DNA of 63,759 nt, filler included, from Octopus bimaculoides (taxonomy: Eukaryota): NCBI RefSeq assembly GCF_001194135.2. It is 8 parts of 8 records of this genome, joined end to end, with 100 filler letters (N's around TTAATTAATTAA, not from the genome) between each part and the next. Parts side by side here need not be neighbours in the genome. Positions count along the whole stretch, not along the records: positions 25,286 to 42,698 come from NC_068990.1; 7 more parts are not named here. One strand, given 5' to 3'. Below, piece by piece: positions 25,791 through 39,541 of this stretch. Position 1 is the stretch's first letter. Each line of letters starts with the position of its first letter. The notes under the pieces are model-generated. The model was not told the origin of the DNA, did not search any database, and saw nothing but the letters and a program-made list of their open reading frames with translations. Both the position numbers and the translations under genes were made by a program.

Positions 25791-26530
25791 AGGAAACCGA
25801 AAAATATATCCGTGGGTCTTTTATCCACTTTCACATTATAACTATGGGGCTTTTGTCGAAGAGCTTTGTCCTAGGGGTCTTTTGTCCGGATCCCAATTTC
25901 AATATAATGACCAAGTGAAGTGAGACAAGTACTTAAATCGTCTACAATAACAAGTGCCGTAATACTGCTTCTGTTGGTATCATTGTTGATGGTCTGAGTA
26001 ATGCTAAGTGGATAAATTAAAGACGTTTCTCTTATTTATAACACAACAAACAAATCAGCAACTAATTTAGGCTGGAAGAGTTGGCGTCCGTGTATTAGAA
26101 AGCGTTCAAAAATGTATTTTAAAACGGTCCGCTGTCTACACGCCAATGGTTGACGGTGCTATGCTGTATGCATGTATGTATGCATGTATGTATGCATGTA
26201 TGTATGCATGTATGTCGTGGTTCAGTTTTATTTCAAGATTTCTTGCCTATAGAGAAAGAGCCGGTGTCTCACCTAGATTCAAGGATTCTTCATTGGAATT
26301 TCAACATGAACGAAGAGATATTTCTGTTAGTATATATGTATATATGTATATGTGCAGATTTGTATGTATGTATGTATGTATGTATGTATGTATGTGTGTA
26401 TGTGTGTATGTATGTGTGTATGTGTGTATGTATGCATGTATGTATGTATGTATGCATGTATGAATGAAAGCATGTACGTATGTATATATGTGTGTACGCT
26501 CATATGCATAGATACATGTTTGTATGTATC

Positions 26531-26569
<39 letters not shown>

Positions 26570-27348
26570 CACATGCATATTTACAAATGTATATATATAC
26601 GCATTATATGCCTTTATATATACGTACATATATCTATNNNNNNNNNNNNNNNNNNNNNNNNNNNNNNNNNNNNNNNNNNNNNNNNNNNNNNNNNNNNNNN
26701 NNNNNNNNNNNNNNNNNNNNNNNNNNNNNNNNNNNNNNNNNNNNNNNNNNNNNNNNNNNNNNNNNNNNNNNNNNNNNNNNNNNNNNNNNNNNNNNNNNNN
26801 NNNNNNNNNNNNNNNNNNNNNNNNNNNNNNNNNNNNNNNNNNNNNNNNNNNNNNNNNNNNNNNNNNNNNNNNNNNNNNNNNNNNNNNNNNNNNNNNNNNN
26901 NNNNNNNNNNNNNNNNNNNNNNNNNNNNNNNNNNNNNNNNNNNNNNNNNNNNNNNNNNNNNNNNNNNNNNNNNNNNNNNNNNNNNNNNNNNNNNNNNNNN
27001 NNNNNNNNNNNNNNNNNNNNNNNNNNNNNNNNNNNNNNNNNNNNNNNNNNNNNNNNNNNNNNNNNNNNNNNNNNNNNNNNNNNNNNNNNNNNNNNNNNNN
27101 NNNNNNNNNNNNNNNNNNNNNNNNNNNNNNNNNNNNNNNNNNNNNNNNNNNNNNNNNNNNNNNNNNNNNNNNNNNNNNNNNNNNNNNNNNNNNNNNNNNN
27201 NNNNNNNNNNNNNNNNNNNNNNNNNNNNNNNNNNNNNNNNNNNNNNNNNNNNNNNNNNNNNNNNNNNNNNNNNNNNNNNNNNNNNNNNNNNNNNNNNNNN
27301 NNNNNNNNNNNNNNNNNNNNNNNNNNNNNNNNNNNNNNNNNNNNNNNA

Positions 27349-27616
27349 CCCTCCGAGACACAAGTCCAGGCAGGTGTTTTTGTGGAAGGCCAGCAGTCGC
27401 CCATGCATACCAGCCTCCCCTCTCCACACCACTGATGTTATCCAAGGGAAACACAAAGGCCGATACAACTTGGCACCGGTGATGTCGCAACTCATTTCTA
27501 CAGCTGAGTTAACTGGAGCAACGTGAAATAAAGAGTCTTGCTCAAGAACACAACACGCAATCGAACTCACAACCTCACGATCGTAAGGTCGACGCTCTAA
27601 CCAGATTCCAGCGGTT
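27349..27616 (-). mobile_element. SINE (CTTGAGCAA domain family), partial, between gaps
   Basis: Closely similar to 63490-63735. Confidence 0.8.
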
Positions 27617-28394
27617 CNNNNNNNNNNNNNNNNNNNNNNNNNNNNNNNNNNNNNNNNNNNNNNNNNNNNNNNNNNNNNNNNNNNNNNNNNNNNNNNNNNN
27701 NNNNNNNNNNNNNNNNNNNNNNNNNNNNNNNNNNNNNNNNNNNNNNNNNNNNNNNNNNNNNNNNNNNNNNNNNNNNNNNNNNNNNNNNNNNNNNNNNNNN
27801 NNNNNNNNNNNNNNNNNNNNNNNNNNNNNNNNNNNNNNNNNNNNNNNNNNNNNNNNNNNNNNNNNNNNNNNNNNNNNNNNNNNNNNNNNNNNNNNNNNNN
27901 NNNNNNNNNNNNNNNNNNNNNNNNNNNNNNNNNNNNNNNNNNNNNNNNNNNNNNNNNNNNNNNNNNNNNNNNNNNNNNNNNNNNNNNNNNNNNNNNNNNN
28001 NNNNNNNNNNNNNNNNNNNNNNNNNNNNNNNNNNNNNNNNNNNNNNNNNNNNNNNNNNNNNNNNNNNNNNNNNNNNNNNNNNNNNNNNNNNNNNNNNNNN
28101 NNNNNNNNNNNNNNNNNNNNNNNNNNNNNNNNNNNNNNNNNNNNNNNNNNNNNNNNNNNNNNNNNNNNNNNNNNNNNNNNNNNNNNNNNNNNNNNNNNNN
28201 NNNNNNNNNNNNNNNNNNNNNNNNNNNNNNNNNNNNNNNNNNNNNNNNNNNNNNNNNNNNNNNNNNNNNNNNNNNNNNNNNNNNNTATATATATATACAT
28301 ACATACATACATACATACATACTTGTACATGTTTGTATATTCATACATAGTCAGACAGATAGGCATATATGTGTATATGTGTGTGTTATATATA

Positions 28395-28443
<49 letters not shown>

Positions 28444-28445
28444 CA

Positions 28446-29590
28446 GGCGCAGGCGTAGTTGCGTGGTAAGAAATTTACTTCTCAACCACATGGTTCCGGG
28501 TTCAGTTACACTGCGTGGTACCTTGGGCAAGTGTCTTCTACTATAGCCACGGGCTGACCAAAGACTTCTGCTAGTATTTGATAGACGGAAAGTAGGATCT
28601 TTTCTGTTTGGCTGCACGTGTGGAAATTTCAAAGCTTACTGAAAATTTTAAAATTTGGTGTATTGATGTTATTTGTCACGCTAGATCTTGATGGGTATTT
28701 AGCTTTTTCCAGAAAAATATCTTTTAAAAGTTACAGAGCTTTAAACTTGATCATTTTTACCGTCAGAAAAAAAAATTGGGAACTGTCACTTTCTGCGTAA
28801 CAGCACTTGTTGTCTACTGTAGACAAATGAAATACTGGCGAAATTCTGCTTTACGCATGCCATATAAACCTCTCATGACTTTTTTTTTTTTTTTGAATTT
28901 TCAGGAATTTTTTTGTGGATTTATATACTACATACAGGAATTCATGTGATTATGCAATAACAAAAAATAAATTTCGGTGCGTAATTTTAGGCCTATTTAG
29001 CTATTATTTTAGCACATCTCACAACTTTATTTCATAAGCGAAAATGACCCCTTGAGTAAGCAGCACGGTATCAGCTTGTCTTGTTACTATAGAAATAGGC
29101 ATGAATGTGTTTGTGGCTTACGATTGGCTAAAATTACCCAAAATTTGCGAACTTTAAAAAGTTATTAACTCTTTATTCATTGATTTATAGCGAAAATGAA
29201 TTTCGTGCCAATGATTACTTTACAAAACTACATCATTACACTAAATATGAAATCATCTGACACAAAAATTGAAGGAACTGAAAAGTAGCAGCCAAACAGA
29301 AAAGATCCTGAAACTAAAAGAAGCCTGTCGTATGTGTCAGTGAGAGAGTGTGTGCGTCTATGCGTCTGTGCGTCTGTGTGTCTTTGTGCATGCGTTTGTC
29401 CCCTACTACTGCTTCACATGTTATGTATACGTACCCGTAATCTTGCGGTTCGGCAAAAGAGACCGATAGAATAAGTACCAGGCCTTACGGAAAATATAAG
29501 TACTGGGGTCGATAAATTCGACTAAAATTCAAAGTGGTGCCCCAGCTGACTGCAGGATAATGACTGAAGTGGGTGAAAGAAAGATAAAAA
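28446..29590 (+). mobile_element. Composite SINE interrupted by a TIR element
   Basis: Head GCGCAGGCGTAGTTGCGTGG...GGTTCAG...CCTTGGGCAAGTGTC runs to ...GACGGAAA. It resumes at 29310 (GAAACTAAAAGAAGCCTGTCG) and continues into the tail module. Confidence 0.75.
28594..29309. mobile_element. 716-bp non-autonomous TIR element (MITE-like)
   Basis: Perfect 22-bp TIR AGGATCTTTTCTGTTTGGCTGC (28594-28615) and GCAGCCAAACAGAAAAGATCCT (29288-29309). Flanks GAAAGT and GAAACT. A related internal fragment lies at about 32880-33060. Confidence 0.88.
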
Positions 29591-29741
29591 TGAGTGTGTT
29601 TGTGCGTGTGTGTGTGTGTGTGCACGCACGTGTGTACACAGATATATTTCGTGTGTGTTATGTATGTGTATATATACGCATTTTGTGTCTGTTCGTGTTT
29701 ATGTGTTTGTAGCGTACGCCTTAAGGGAAACTTCTCTCTCT

Positions 29742-29793
<52 letters not shown>

Positions 29794-29815
29794 GTTATAT
29801 ATACATGAATACGGA

Positions 29816-30641
29816 CGTAGTAGATAACAGCTAACCTTCGGCCGCACCTTTGGACCCTGTTGTGACCACCACTCTGATTGGTTGGTATTGGCGCAATTTG
29901 TCTCTTGCTCTATTGCGTGCCAAGATGCAACCCAACCAATCGCAGCCTTCAGATAAGGTCACGTGAGAAAGTCTTTTCTAAACTTCCGGTGAGCCGACAC
30001 CACGATATAAAATGCTAGCTTACGCCATCTAGAACGTCTTCTGGCTCCAGACCTTCTGAGGTCTAGCCACTGACCACAGAGCACACGGCCAGTTCCAGCG
30101 ACGACACAACAGCAGCCACATGGAAACTCATCAACACTTCGTCCAGCAGCATTCAGGACCTCCATCTTCGTCGCCCCCAGCTTCTTAGCGTCAACGTCAT
30201 CTCTCTACGTACACACCAACCAGCAACTTTCGCACAGGTTCTATCTCCACACTGTTTGTGAATTACTTCACCATGGTTAACAGCAAATACAACCTGCGAC
30301 AACCTCCTGCAACAAGTAACCAGCAGCAGCACTGAAGCCACAACTTCTTACACGACATGTACCTCTTCCCGGCTCTGCATTGCCACCACAACTTCTTGAT
30401 ACAGCACTTCAACTACTTGTACCTTGACTACGAACTGATATTTATCATCCTAGTGTCTGAACATTCTTCTAACGTCATTATTGACATCTTTCTATGCTCT
30501 GTACTTATTGCACACGCATACATCTATGTTTTACACATACACTTTGTATACATGACGGCCTGTCTATTATTATGTATATAAGTCGCACACACAGACACAC
30601 ATGTTAACATATAAATAAAATCTTCTCTTAAACATTCTACC
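29816..30641 (+). mobile_element. Candidate solo LTR
   Basis: GC-elevated, non-coding island. Ends CGTAG...CTACC are near TGTAG...CTACA. Has a CCAAT-containing inverted repeat, TATAAAA at about 30006 and AATAAA at about 30613. No clean TSD. Confidence 0.5.
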
Positions 30642-31674
30642 GGTTGTGTCTCTCTTTTCCTTCTGGCACCTATACTCATTTAACCTTTTTCCTTCCATGA
30701 ACTATGTATGGAATTGTGAAACACCCAGCAAGTGCCAATCACACATTTTCCTACATGTTTATACGCGCACACAACCACACACAACAGAAATCTCGGCAAA
30801 CTTATACTAATAATTATGGATGCTATATTTATATTCAAACACTATTTTAAAAAGTCAGCACTTAAACAACGTTAAAAAGACCATCGCTACTTGTTAAAAA
30901 GAAAAAAGAACTGGAGCTAAGGATCAAAAGTTCAATTCCAGCGGTTGTCACCATAAACAAACACAGATCCGATTACCTTTACCAAATATAAAATGTCAGT
31001 AATATATGCCAGCATCAGCCATTTCATCTTAAAATAAGCTATGTTAAAAATAAACGTTGATTGACCTGGAAAAGTTAGTGTTTCAAACAAACTATAACAT
31101 TCTCAGAAACTGCTACGAAAACCGCCAATGAGAAATGAAAAGTAGAGAATAGTAATGTTCTGAATTTAACATAGTTAAAATTAAGTGTTCTTTCTGTTTC
31201 TCTTTCACTCTCAATATATCATTCCATGCATGTGTGTGTGCGCGCGCGTGTGTGTGCAGGCATTATGAATGTGTGCGTGTGAGTACATATACCTGTGTGT
31301 GTATANNNNNNNNNNNNNNNNNNNNNNNNNNNNNNNNNNNNNNNNNNNNNNNNNNNNNNNNNNNNNNNNNATATTATTTTGTTTAAAAGAGTTCCAACAC
31401 TGTCTGTTTTTTATGTTTTATTTATATTCCTGCAGAACTAATGTGGGGTATAGAATATGGAATATACAATATATAATATAATATACAATATACAATATAA
31501 AATAAAATAAAAATGGATGGCACCATAAAAGAAAGTATTGAATGTAGATGAAATATTGAGTGTTCAATATAAAGGATCAAATATATAAATATATAAATAT
31601 AAATATATAAAGGCGACTCGAGTTTCAGGGCTATTTCCCTTCGTCATGGCCGGTATGACAGACTATACATATAT

Positions 31675-31790
31675 ATACGACGGGCTTCTTTCAGTTTCCG
31701 TCTTGCTCAAGATGCCACCCAGTGGGACTGACCCCGGAACCATGTGGTTGATAAGCAAGCTACTTACCACACAGCCACTCCTACGCTTAT
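31675..31790 (-). mobile_element. SINE head (GTGGCTGTGTGGTAAG family)
   Basis: Matches 28446-28590 and 58765-58925 on the minus strand. Confidence 0.7.
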
Positions 31791-33102
31791 ATATACATAT
31801 ATATGTATGCATGTACATATATGCATGTATATATGCATGTATGCATGTACATATATGCATGTATATATGCATGTATATTATTGATATATATATATATAGG
31901 ATATTTGTGGTTATCGTTACTGCATATCGAAATCTTTAAAAAGATTTTTTAATGTATCATATAGATGTAATTTTTGACGTTGAATCCGAATTTGTTATTC
32001 GTTTAATCCAGAAAAATTTTGCAAAATGTTACAGGTGTTCAAAGTTTGATAATTTTCATAATTTTCAACCAATCAGAAAACAGCGCGTTCGCTGCCTCTT
32101 CCATCATCTGTCACAGCGACAAAGCGGGGTGGCCACCGGCATGTCAAAACATTAAACGAGTGAATATAAATATAGCATCCATAATTATTAGTATAAGTTT
32201 ACAGAGATTTCTGTTGTGTGTGGTTGTGTGTGCGTATAAACACATAAACACGAACAGACATAAAATACGTATATATATATATACACATACATAACACAAA
32301 CGAAATATATCTATGTATACACACGCACAAACACACACACTAATCTTTTTTTATCTTTCTTTTACTCGCTTCAGGCATTAGTCTGCAGCCAGCCGGAGCA
32401 CCACCTTGAATTAAACAGTGAAAAATATTCAAAGATTCGCGAACAAATTGAATATTTAAAAGCCACGAGCAAACCAACAGGAGTTGCTAGAAATAACAGT
32501 CAGAGCATTGCTTAAAACAGACATTTATTAGTTAAAAAACACGAGAACGAAAGTTTGCAATACACTCTAGGACTATATAAAATAAATTATCTTTCTCATA
32601 TCTCCTCCATATAAATTCACAAAGATAAGGGTCAAACATGGAACAGTGTGTCCCACACTGACGTTTGTTTCGACGCTTCAAAGATGCCCAGGTACTTTCA
32701 GTTTAAATATAGAACCGTATTACTTTCAGTTCGTTGATTACACTCAATTTGGTGATTGCACTCCTTGTGCGCATGCGCAGCATCTTTCGTTACTATGGAA
32801 ACAGAGTTCTTTTCAATCAGCTATGGAATACGTGGTGCTTCTTTGTTTAACATACTAACAGAACTTCATGGTGATGTGTAAAATACTAGCTTCTGATTGG
32901 CTAAAATGCCCAAATTTTGCAAATTTTAAAGGCTAATAACATTTTAATTATGAATTTATGGGGGAAATGAATTTCATCTTCATAATTAGTATACAAAACT
33001 TAATCCATATACCAAATTTGAAAACAATTGGAACAAAATTGTTGACAGTGACGATAACCACAAAAACCCTATATGTATGTATGTATGTATGTATGTAATA
33101 AT

Positions 33103-33303
33103 CCTTTCTACTCTAGGTACAATACCTGAAATTCTGTAAGGTATGACGCGGTGCTGGTCAAATACATTGATCCCAGTACTCAACTGGCTCTTATTTCATC
33201 GACCCCGGAAGAATGAAAAGTGAAGTTGAACTCAGAACATAGAGACGGACGACACACTGCTAAGCATTTTTTCTGGTGAGCAAATGACACTGCTAACTCT
33301 TCG
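33103..33303 (-). mobile_element. SINE (GGCAGAATCGTTAGC family), degenerate
   Basis: ATCGACCCCGGAAGAATGAAAAG...GAACTCAGAAC...GCTAAGCATTT. Confidence 0.65.
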
Positions 33304-34149
33304 TCTTCTGTTTTGAGGAATAATATAACAAACTATAATGATATAGTGCAGCTAAAACCAAGAAGCACTCGAAAAAATCTCAGGTTACATATTGCAATAT
33401 ATTTTTTTCCATAGCTTTTCTGGATACGATCATGTTTCTGGCATGGTCATAGAGCTATACAGATATCTATACATTCATCACGTACATATGCGATACTGAA
33501 GCGAATTGTAGAAACATTTTACTGTTTATATATATTCACCGTTGTGTAGAAACCGATGAAATGGAAGTATCGGAACATCAGTAAACACTCGGTTTATTTT
33601 GTTAAAAAAAAATTTAGAAGTGTGTTCGAGTGAACTAAATTAATGTTGAAAATAAAGTTCAAAATCATCTTACCGAATTACTAGAAGCCGAAGTTTCTTC
33701 TTTTGTAGCTCTGAGTTTCACGTCAGTGATTATTCAAAATGCGTGACAATATCGTAACAAAAATATTCGGAAACACATCGAAATACCAAGATTTGATTAG
33801 TAACCGTAAACCATTAAAAAATGTGTCATACACTCATCTTGTTCTTTATCATACGTAGATACATCATCTATTCATTTTAAGAAATTGATTTTATTTCCAT
33901 ATTTTCAGTATCACGTGTGTAGCAGATCCATTATGTGGTAAATAAACTGTTTTAGTCACTTGATAGTTGGGAATCCCTCAATAAACATCGAGAGAAGGAT
34001 CTACAAGAATGCACCATTTCCGATCTTTTGTTTAAAGTTACAAGATTCGGTAATAGCATGTTATATTTCTTTGAGAGAGAAAAACACAGCTTCTAGAGTT
34101 GTTAATGTAGAGGGATACCTGTTCTATTGATTCTAATTTTTTTTTTGTA

Positions 34150-34325
34150 CTTTAGGCACAAGGCCCGAAATTTTTTGGCCAGTCGATTACATCGATCCCA
34201 GCACCCAACTGGTACTTAATTTATCGACCCCGAAAGGATGAAAGGCAAAGTCGACCTCGGTGGAATTTGAACTCAAAACGTAAAGACAAACGAAATACCG
34301 CTAAGCATTTCGCCCGGCGTGGTAA
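34150..34325 (-). mobile_element. SINE (GGCAGAATCGTTAGC family)
   Basis: Near-identical in part to 41930-42050. Confidence 0.8.
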
Positions 34326-35073
34326 ATTCTCGATATATTTAGATAGTGACGTCGTAAGATAAATTTCTGCGTGTCTGGATGCATAAATTTGGCACAATCT
34401 TTTAAAAGTGATTTTCTATAAGTCCTAGATTGTTTGTTTTTTTTTTGTTTGTTTTTTTTCACTGATATTAGCAAGAAAAATGTTACGTAGATTTTCCAAT
34501 CCATTGGAAAAACACATATAATTGAGAAAGTAGATTAGGATTCCTGAAATTACATAAAGTGTTAACAGTTTTGCGTGTTCGCAATGGAAGGTTTTTTTTG
34601 TTTTTTGTTTTTTTTAGATTGGCTATGTAAGCAGTTACCATTTTGATGTTTCTGCAACTCATCTTAACGCTATTTTTTTTAAAGATACTATGAGATGTAT
34701 GATACTAATGCGAAAATGCTTATTTTAAAGTTTTTTTCTGTTATGGTAATCGAATAGATTGCGTGATATACTTTCCAGCCGATTCTTATTTCGATAAGCA
34801 ATCAAATTTTGCCCACAAGACATATTGCGATGTGTTTCTGATTTTTTTTTTCCTTTTTTTTTTTTTTTTGCTTACTTCCCAACTTCAATCTTTTGAATAA
34901 TCTGTACCGTGAAACTTAGATTTAGGAACCAAGAATCTCCAAATGCTAATAAAATATACACTATTTCATGCATTGAGTACTTCGTTTGTAAACACAAACG
35001 TTCGCTAAACTTTCTCTCACATAATCTCTCTCTCACTCTCTCCCTCTCACTCTTACTCTCGCTCCCACTTACT

Positions 35074-35124
<51 letters not shown>

Positions 35125-36809
35125 NNNNNNNNNNNNNNNNNNNNNNNNNNNNNNNNNNNNNNNNNNNNNNNNNNNNNNNNNNNNNNNNNNNNNNNNNNNN
35201 NNNNNNNNNNNNNNNNNNNNNNNNNNNNNNNNNNNNNNNNNNNNNNNNNNNNNNNNNNNNNNNNNNNNNNNNNNNNNNNNNNNNNNNNNNNNNNNNNNNN
35301 NNNNNNNNNNNNNNNNNNNNNNNNNNNNNNNNNNNNNNNNNNNNNNNNNNNNNNNNNNNNNNNNNNNNNNNNNNNNNNNNNNNNNNNNNNNNNNNNNNNN
35401 NNNNNNNNNNNNNNNNNNNNNNNNNNNNNNNNNNNNNNNNNNNNNNNNNNNNNNNNNNNNNNNNNNNNNNNNNNNNNNNNNNNNNNNNNNNNNNNNNNNN
35501 NNNNNNNNNNNNNNNNNNNNNNNNNNNNNNNNNNNNNNNNNNNNNNNNNNNNNNNNNNNNNNNNNNNNNNNNNNNNNNNNNNNNNNNNNNNNNNNNNNNN
35601 NNNNNNNNNNNNNNNNNNNNNNNNNNNNNNNNNNNNNNNNNNNNNNNNNNNNNNNNNNNNNNNNNNNNNNNNNNNNNNNNNNNNNNNNNNNNNNNNNNNN
35701 NNNNNNNNNNNNNNNNNNNNNNNNNNNNNNNNNNNNNNNNNNNNNNNNNNNNNNNNNNNNNNNNNNNNNNNNNNNNNNNNNNNNNNNNNNNNNNNNNNNN
35801 NNNNNNNNNNNNNNNNNNNNNNNNNNNNNNNNNNNNNNNNNNNNNNNNNNNNNNNNNNNNNNNNNNNNNNNNNNNNNNNNNNNNNNNNNNNNNNNNNNNN
35901 NNNNNNNNNNNNNNNNNNNNNNNNNNNNNNNNNNNNNNNNNNNNNNNNNNNNNNNNGAACTGAAAACAACAACAACAAAAACTGAAGCGACTCATTTTCC
36001 AAGATGTCGCGTGTTGGTTCAGTACGTAAAAATACCGAGTAATAAATTGTTTAAATTGAGTGCTTCTATGTGAGGAGACATGTACAGGTCGTAAACCTAA
36101 GAATGTACTGCGCTGTCTGTCAAAACATTCGTTGTCGATATTGTTGCTCTTATTGTTTAGCTGTAGGTCAACTATTATCCAGTAGACCTCAGTGATCTTA
36201 AAGCATTCTAGCTATAGCCATTCCACTATTTCTATTTCTTTTTTTTCTTTTTTCTTATAGACACAATATTCGAATGTCTACATTTTTCCTTTTTAAGACA
36301 GTACCCTGTTATTTAAGAGATATTTTGGTTGCTATTTCTAGTTTGTCAAACGATCAGATTATTTCTCCCTCGCTGACGCTTCAAAACCTTTGTGTTTCAT
36401 TACGCATGCCCTACAGTCTGGCCAAATCCAATAAAGATCTTTGTTCATACAACAGTGTAAAGTAATTACACCAAGTTTGTTGTAGCTGGTATTATTGTCG
36501 TCGTCGTCATTATTGTTGTTGTTGTTGTTGTTGTTAGTGGTGGTGGTGGTGGTGGTGGCGGTGGTGGTGGTGGTTTTAGCATAGAAGTTGAAGTGGTAGG
36601 GCTCGGGGAGGTGGTGGTACTGAATATGAACGATGTTGTTCTTGTTCTTATTAGTGCTCGTCTTTTAAAGTAATTATCAGCCAAAATTGGGCGTATTCAA
36701 AATCTCAGGTAATTGCTGTAATTTAGATATTTATAAGAAATACGTAAATGTATCTTGGTTATGTTGAACGCACAAAATATACCTTTGTTATTCTGGTTAA
36801 TTTCCAAAG

Positions 36810-37170
36810 CCTTCAGGACAATTGGTATGGTCCTGATGCTGAAAGAAAAAAGCACTATACCAGACTCAGCAAAGTTCAGAGTATGTCAGACATTCCACAG
36901 CGTAAACCAAATATGTATGGATGAACTAAATAATGTCCGCAAAAAATTCTCAATGAATAGAAATTTTCCTTTTAATTGTAGAAATAAAACAAAATCTTTT
37001 ATCATCCATAGTTGGTGAATCACAAAGAAAAAGAGAAATAATTTCAAACAATTAAGAACTATTTCTGCTTACAAAATCGGATTAACTCTTAAGCGTGAAT
37101 TTTTTTTTAATACTTAATTTATTGAAATTATCTCCCCCTAACGAATGCAGGTAGGTTTTCGCCCCAGTCC

Positions 37171-37209
<39 letters not shown>

Positions 37210-37256
37210 TACACGCACTCTATTTCACGCTTTTTCTTTCACTCTCTCTCTCACTT

Positions 37257-37293
<37 letters not shown>

Positions 37294-37386
37294 AGCTATC
37301 TATCTCTATCTATTTATCTCTGTCTCTCTTTCTCTTTCGTGAGCCCTCTTTCTCTCTCCTCTCCTTTTCGTGTGCGTTCTTTCTCT

Positions 37387-37460
<74 letters not shown>

Positions 37461-37935
37461 CGCTCACTCTCTCTCTCTCTCTCGTGCGCGCTCTCTCTCT
37501 TTCTCTAGCTAAAAGGAAAAATTCAATTCATTAAGAATTTTTTGCATCAGTACACGCAAACATACGCGTTTTATCACAACCCATGTCCCTGGGTTATTTG
37601 AATTATTTCCCTTAGCTCAAATTGCTTTTTGGGATTTAAAATTTTTTTTTTTATGTAAACCATTTGTTCTAAAGTACTTTACAGCTGCTACAATGTCATT
37701 TATATCCGGCTGCAAAATTACTTCATCTTCAAATATAGTCCACATATAGACAACCACCAATCTACCTCCTACACACATGCGCATGCTCAAAACTTCAGAA
37801 TTATTTTTGCGGACATTATTTAGCACGTCCACACATATTTGGTTTACACTATGGAATCTCAGATATACTCTGAATTTAGCTGAATATAATACAGTGCATT
37901 TTTTTCAGGATCAGAACCATACCAATTATCCCGTC
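36810..37935. repeat. Inverted repeat with ~140-bp arms around a (CT)n-rich core
   Basis: 36815-36950 (ATTGGTATGGTCCTGATGCTGAAA...TAAATAATGTCCGCAAAAA) matches the reverse complement of about 37800-37933. Confidence 0.7.
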
Positions 37936-38950
37936 TGAATCAAACTATAAATGTCTAATTCAAATTAAACTGGTACAGAACTCTTATATATACACGAAGG
38001 CATATTTTTAAAAATCAAGTGTATGGTGACCTATATAAAAGATAAAAAGCAAGCCTCGACCACAACCCACACACAAACGAACACTCCTGAGGATCTATTA
38101 TTCAAATGCGATATGATCTCCAATGAATTTTTAATTATCTTAGCAGAGAATATCAATAAGCTATATCAATCACCGATCCCATATAGAACTTTTTTCATTC
38201 TGACCTAAATAAAAATCCAAATCATTAGTAAAAGCTCCAGCCATAAACAAACATACAACACCAACTGTTCGATAAACAAGGCAAAAACAAGCCCAGACAA
38301 CAACGCATGCGCGCACTCACATGCGCGATTAAACACGTAAAACATATAATTCAAAACACATATACCACACCTTAACAAACAAAGGTGTTTAATTGATTTA
38401 ACCAGCCATTTCAACACGCTATACCAAAATACCATTCATTCCCGACTAAAACAAAATTCTAAATAAATATACTCAGAAAGGTCACTAAACCATGACATAC
38501 CACTGAAAATATCAGAAATTCCAACATAATTTTTAAGAAGTCCTTAGTGAATTTTACAATTACATTTTTTCGCAAACAAACTAATCAATCAAATCGATCA
38601 AGCCCATAACTTTGATCAAAACAAAATTCTTATCTAGAAAACCATCCAAACAATATTTGTAAATATGATATGATACGCACCAAAACAAAATTTAACAAAC
38701 AGCATATCGAAACAAACTTGATTTAAAAACATTAAAAAACATCATTAATTAGATTCTGCAATAGCAAAATTTAAAAACACAAACTTATCAACACCTACAA
38801 GGAATGTAAACACCGTGCCACACAAAAAGATAACCAATAGCGGAACAGAAAAATAACGGTCAACCAGCAAAAACAGAAAGCTAATGAATTGATACAAGCA
38901 AGACACTCCCACAGCGAATTTAGATGTATCGTCAAACTTAGTTGTTACAG

Positions 38951-38995
38951 TTCTCACCTGACGATCCAAGTGGCGTGAAACTCGAGACGCCAGAA
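38951..38995 (+). ncRNA. Degenerate hammerhead-like motif
   Basis: TTCTCAC-CTGACGA-TCCAAGTGGCGT-GAA-ACTCGAGA-C-GCCAGAA: palindromic CTCGAG, partial stem I, U16.1 mutated. Confidence 0.35.
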
Positions 38996-39066
38996 AAACA
39001 CTCCGTTTCAGGAAACTATATGTGTGCATGTGTGCGCGAATGTACACACATACACGCTCACACTAA

Positions 39067-39125
<59 letters not shown>

Positions 39126-39305
39126 ACACACACATACACACACAGATNNNNNNNNNNNNNNNNNNNNNNNTATATATATATATATATATATGTATGTATA
39201 CACGATTGGCAGCTAATGCAAGAAGTTCTCATTTTATATTGATTGTTCGAGGAGTCAGTGAGTTAGTTGGAAATTTTTTATATAAGGATGGTAGTGTGTT
39301 ATAAC

Positions 39306-39487
39306 TCTTATATTATGAAAGTAAAGCTGAATTCTGTCCTTCTGTCCGCCACAGCATATATGTAGAAAGAGGGAAGAAGGGGAGAGAAAAAGTTGTTGTT
39401 AAGAGAGAAATATACTGTGAGAGAGAGGGAAAGACAGGCAAGTAGGCAGACACCCAACCAGACAGACAGACTTACTGACAGACAAAC

Positions 39488-39541
<54 letters not shown>

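Noticed and set aside
26327-28366. Very long ORFs (250-576 aa) in the track, likewise 34872-36073, 42957-44270 and 55061-55843
   Set aside because: They consist of X from N gaps plus microsatellite translations.
33674-33740. Minus-strand exon candidate (ATKEETSASSNS, TCG|GTAAGA donor)
   Set aside because: There is no convincing polypyrimidine acceptor and no domain motif.
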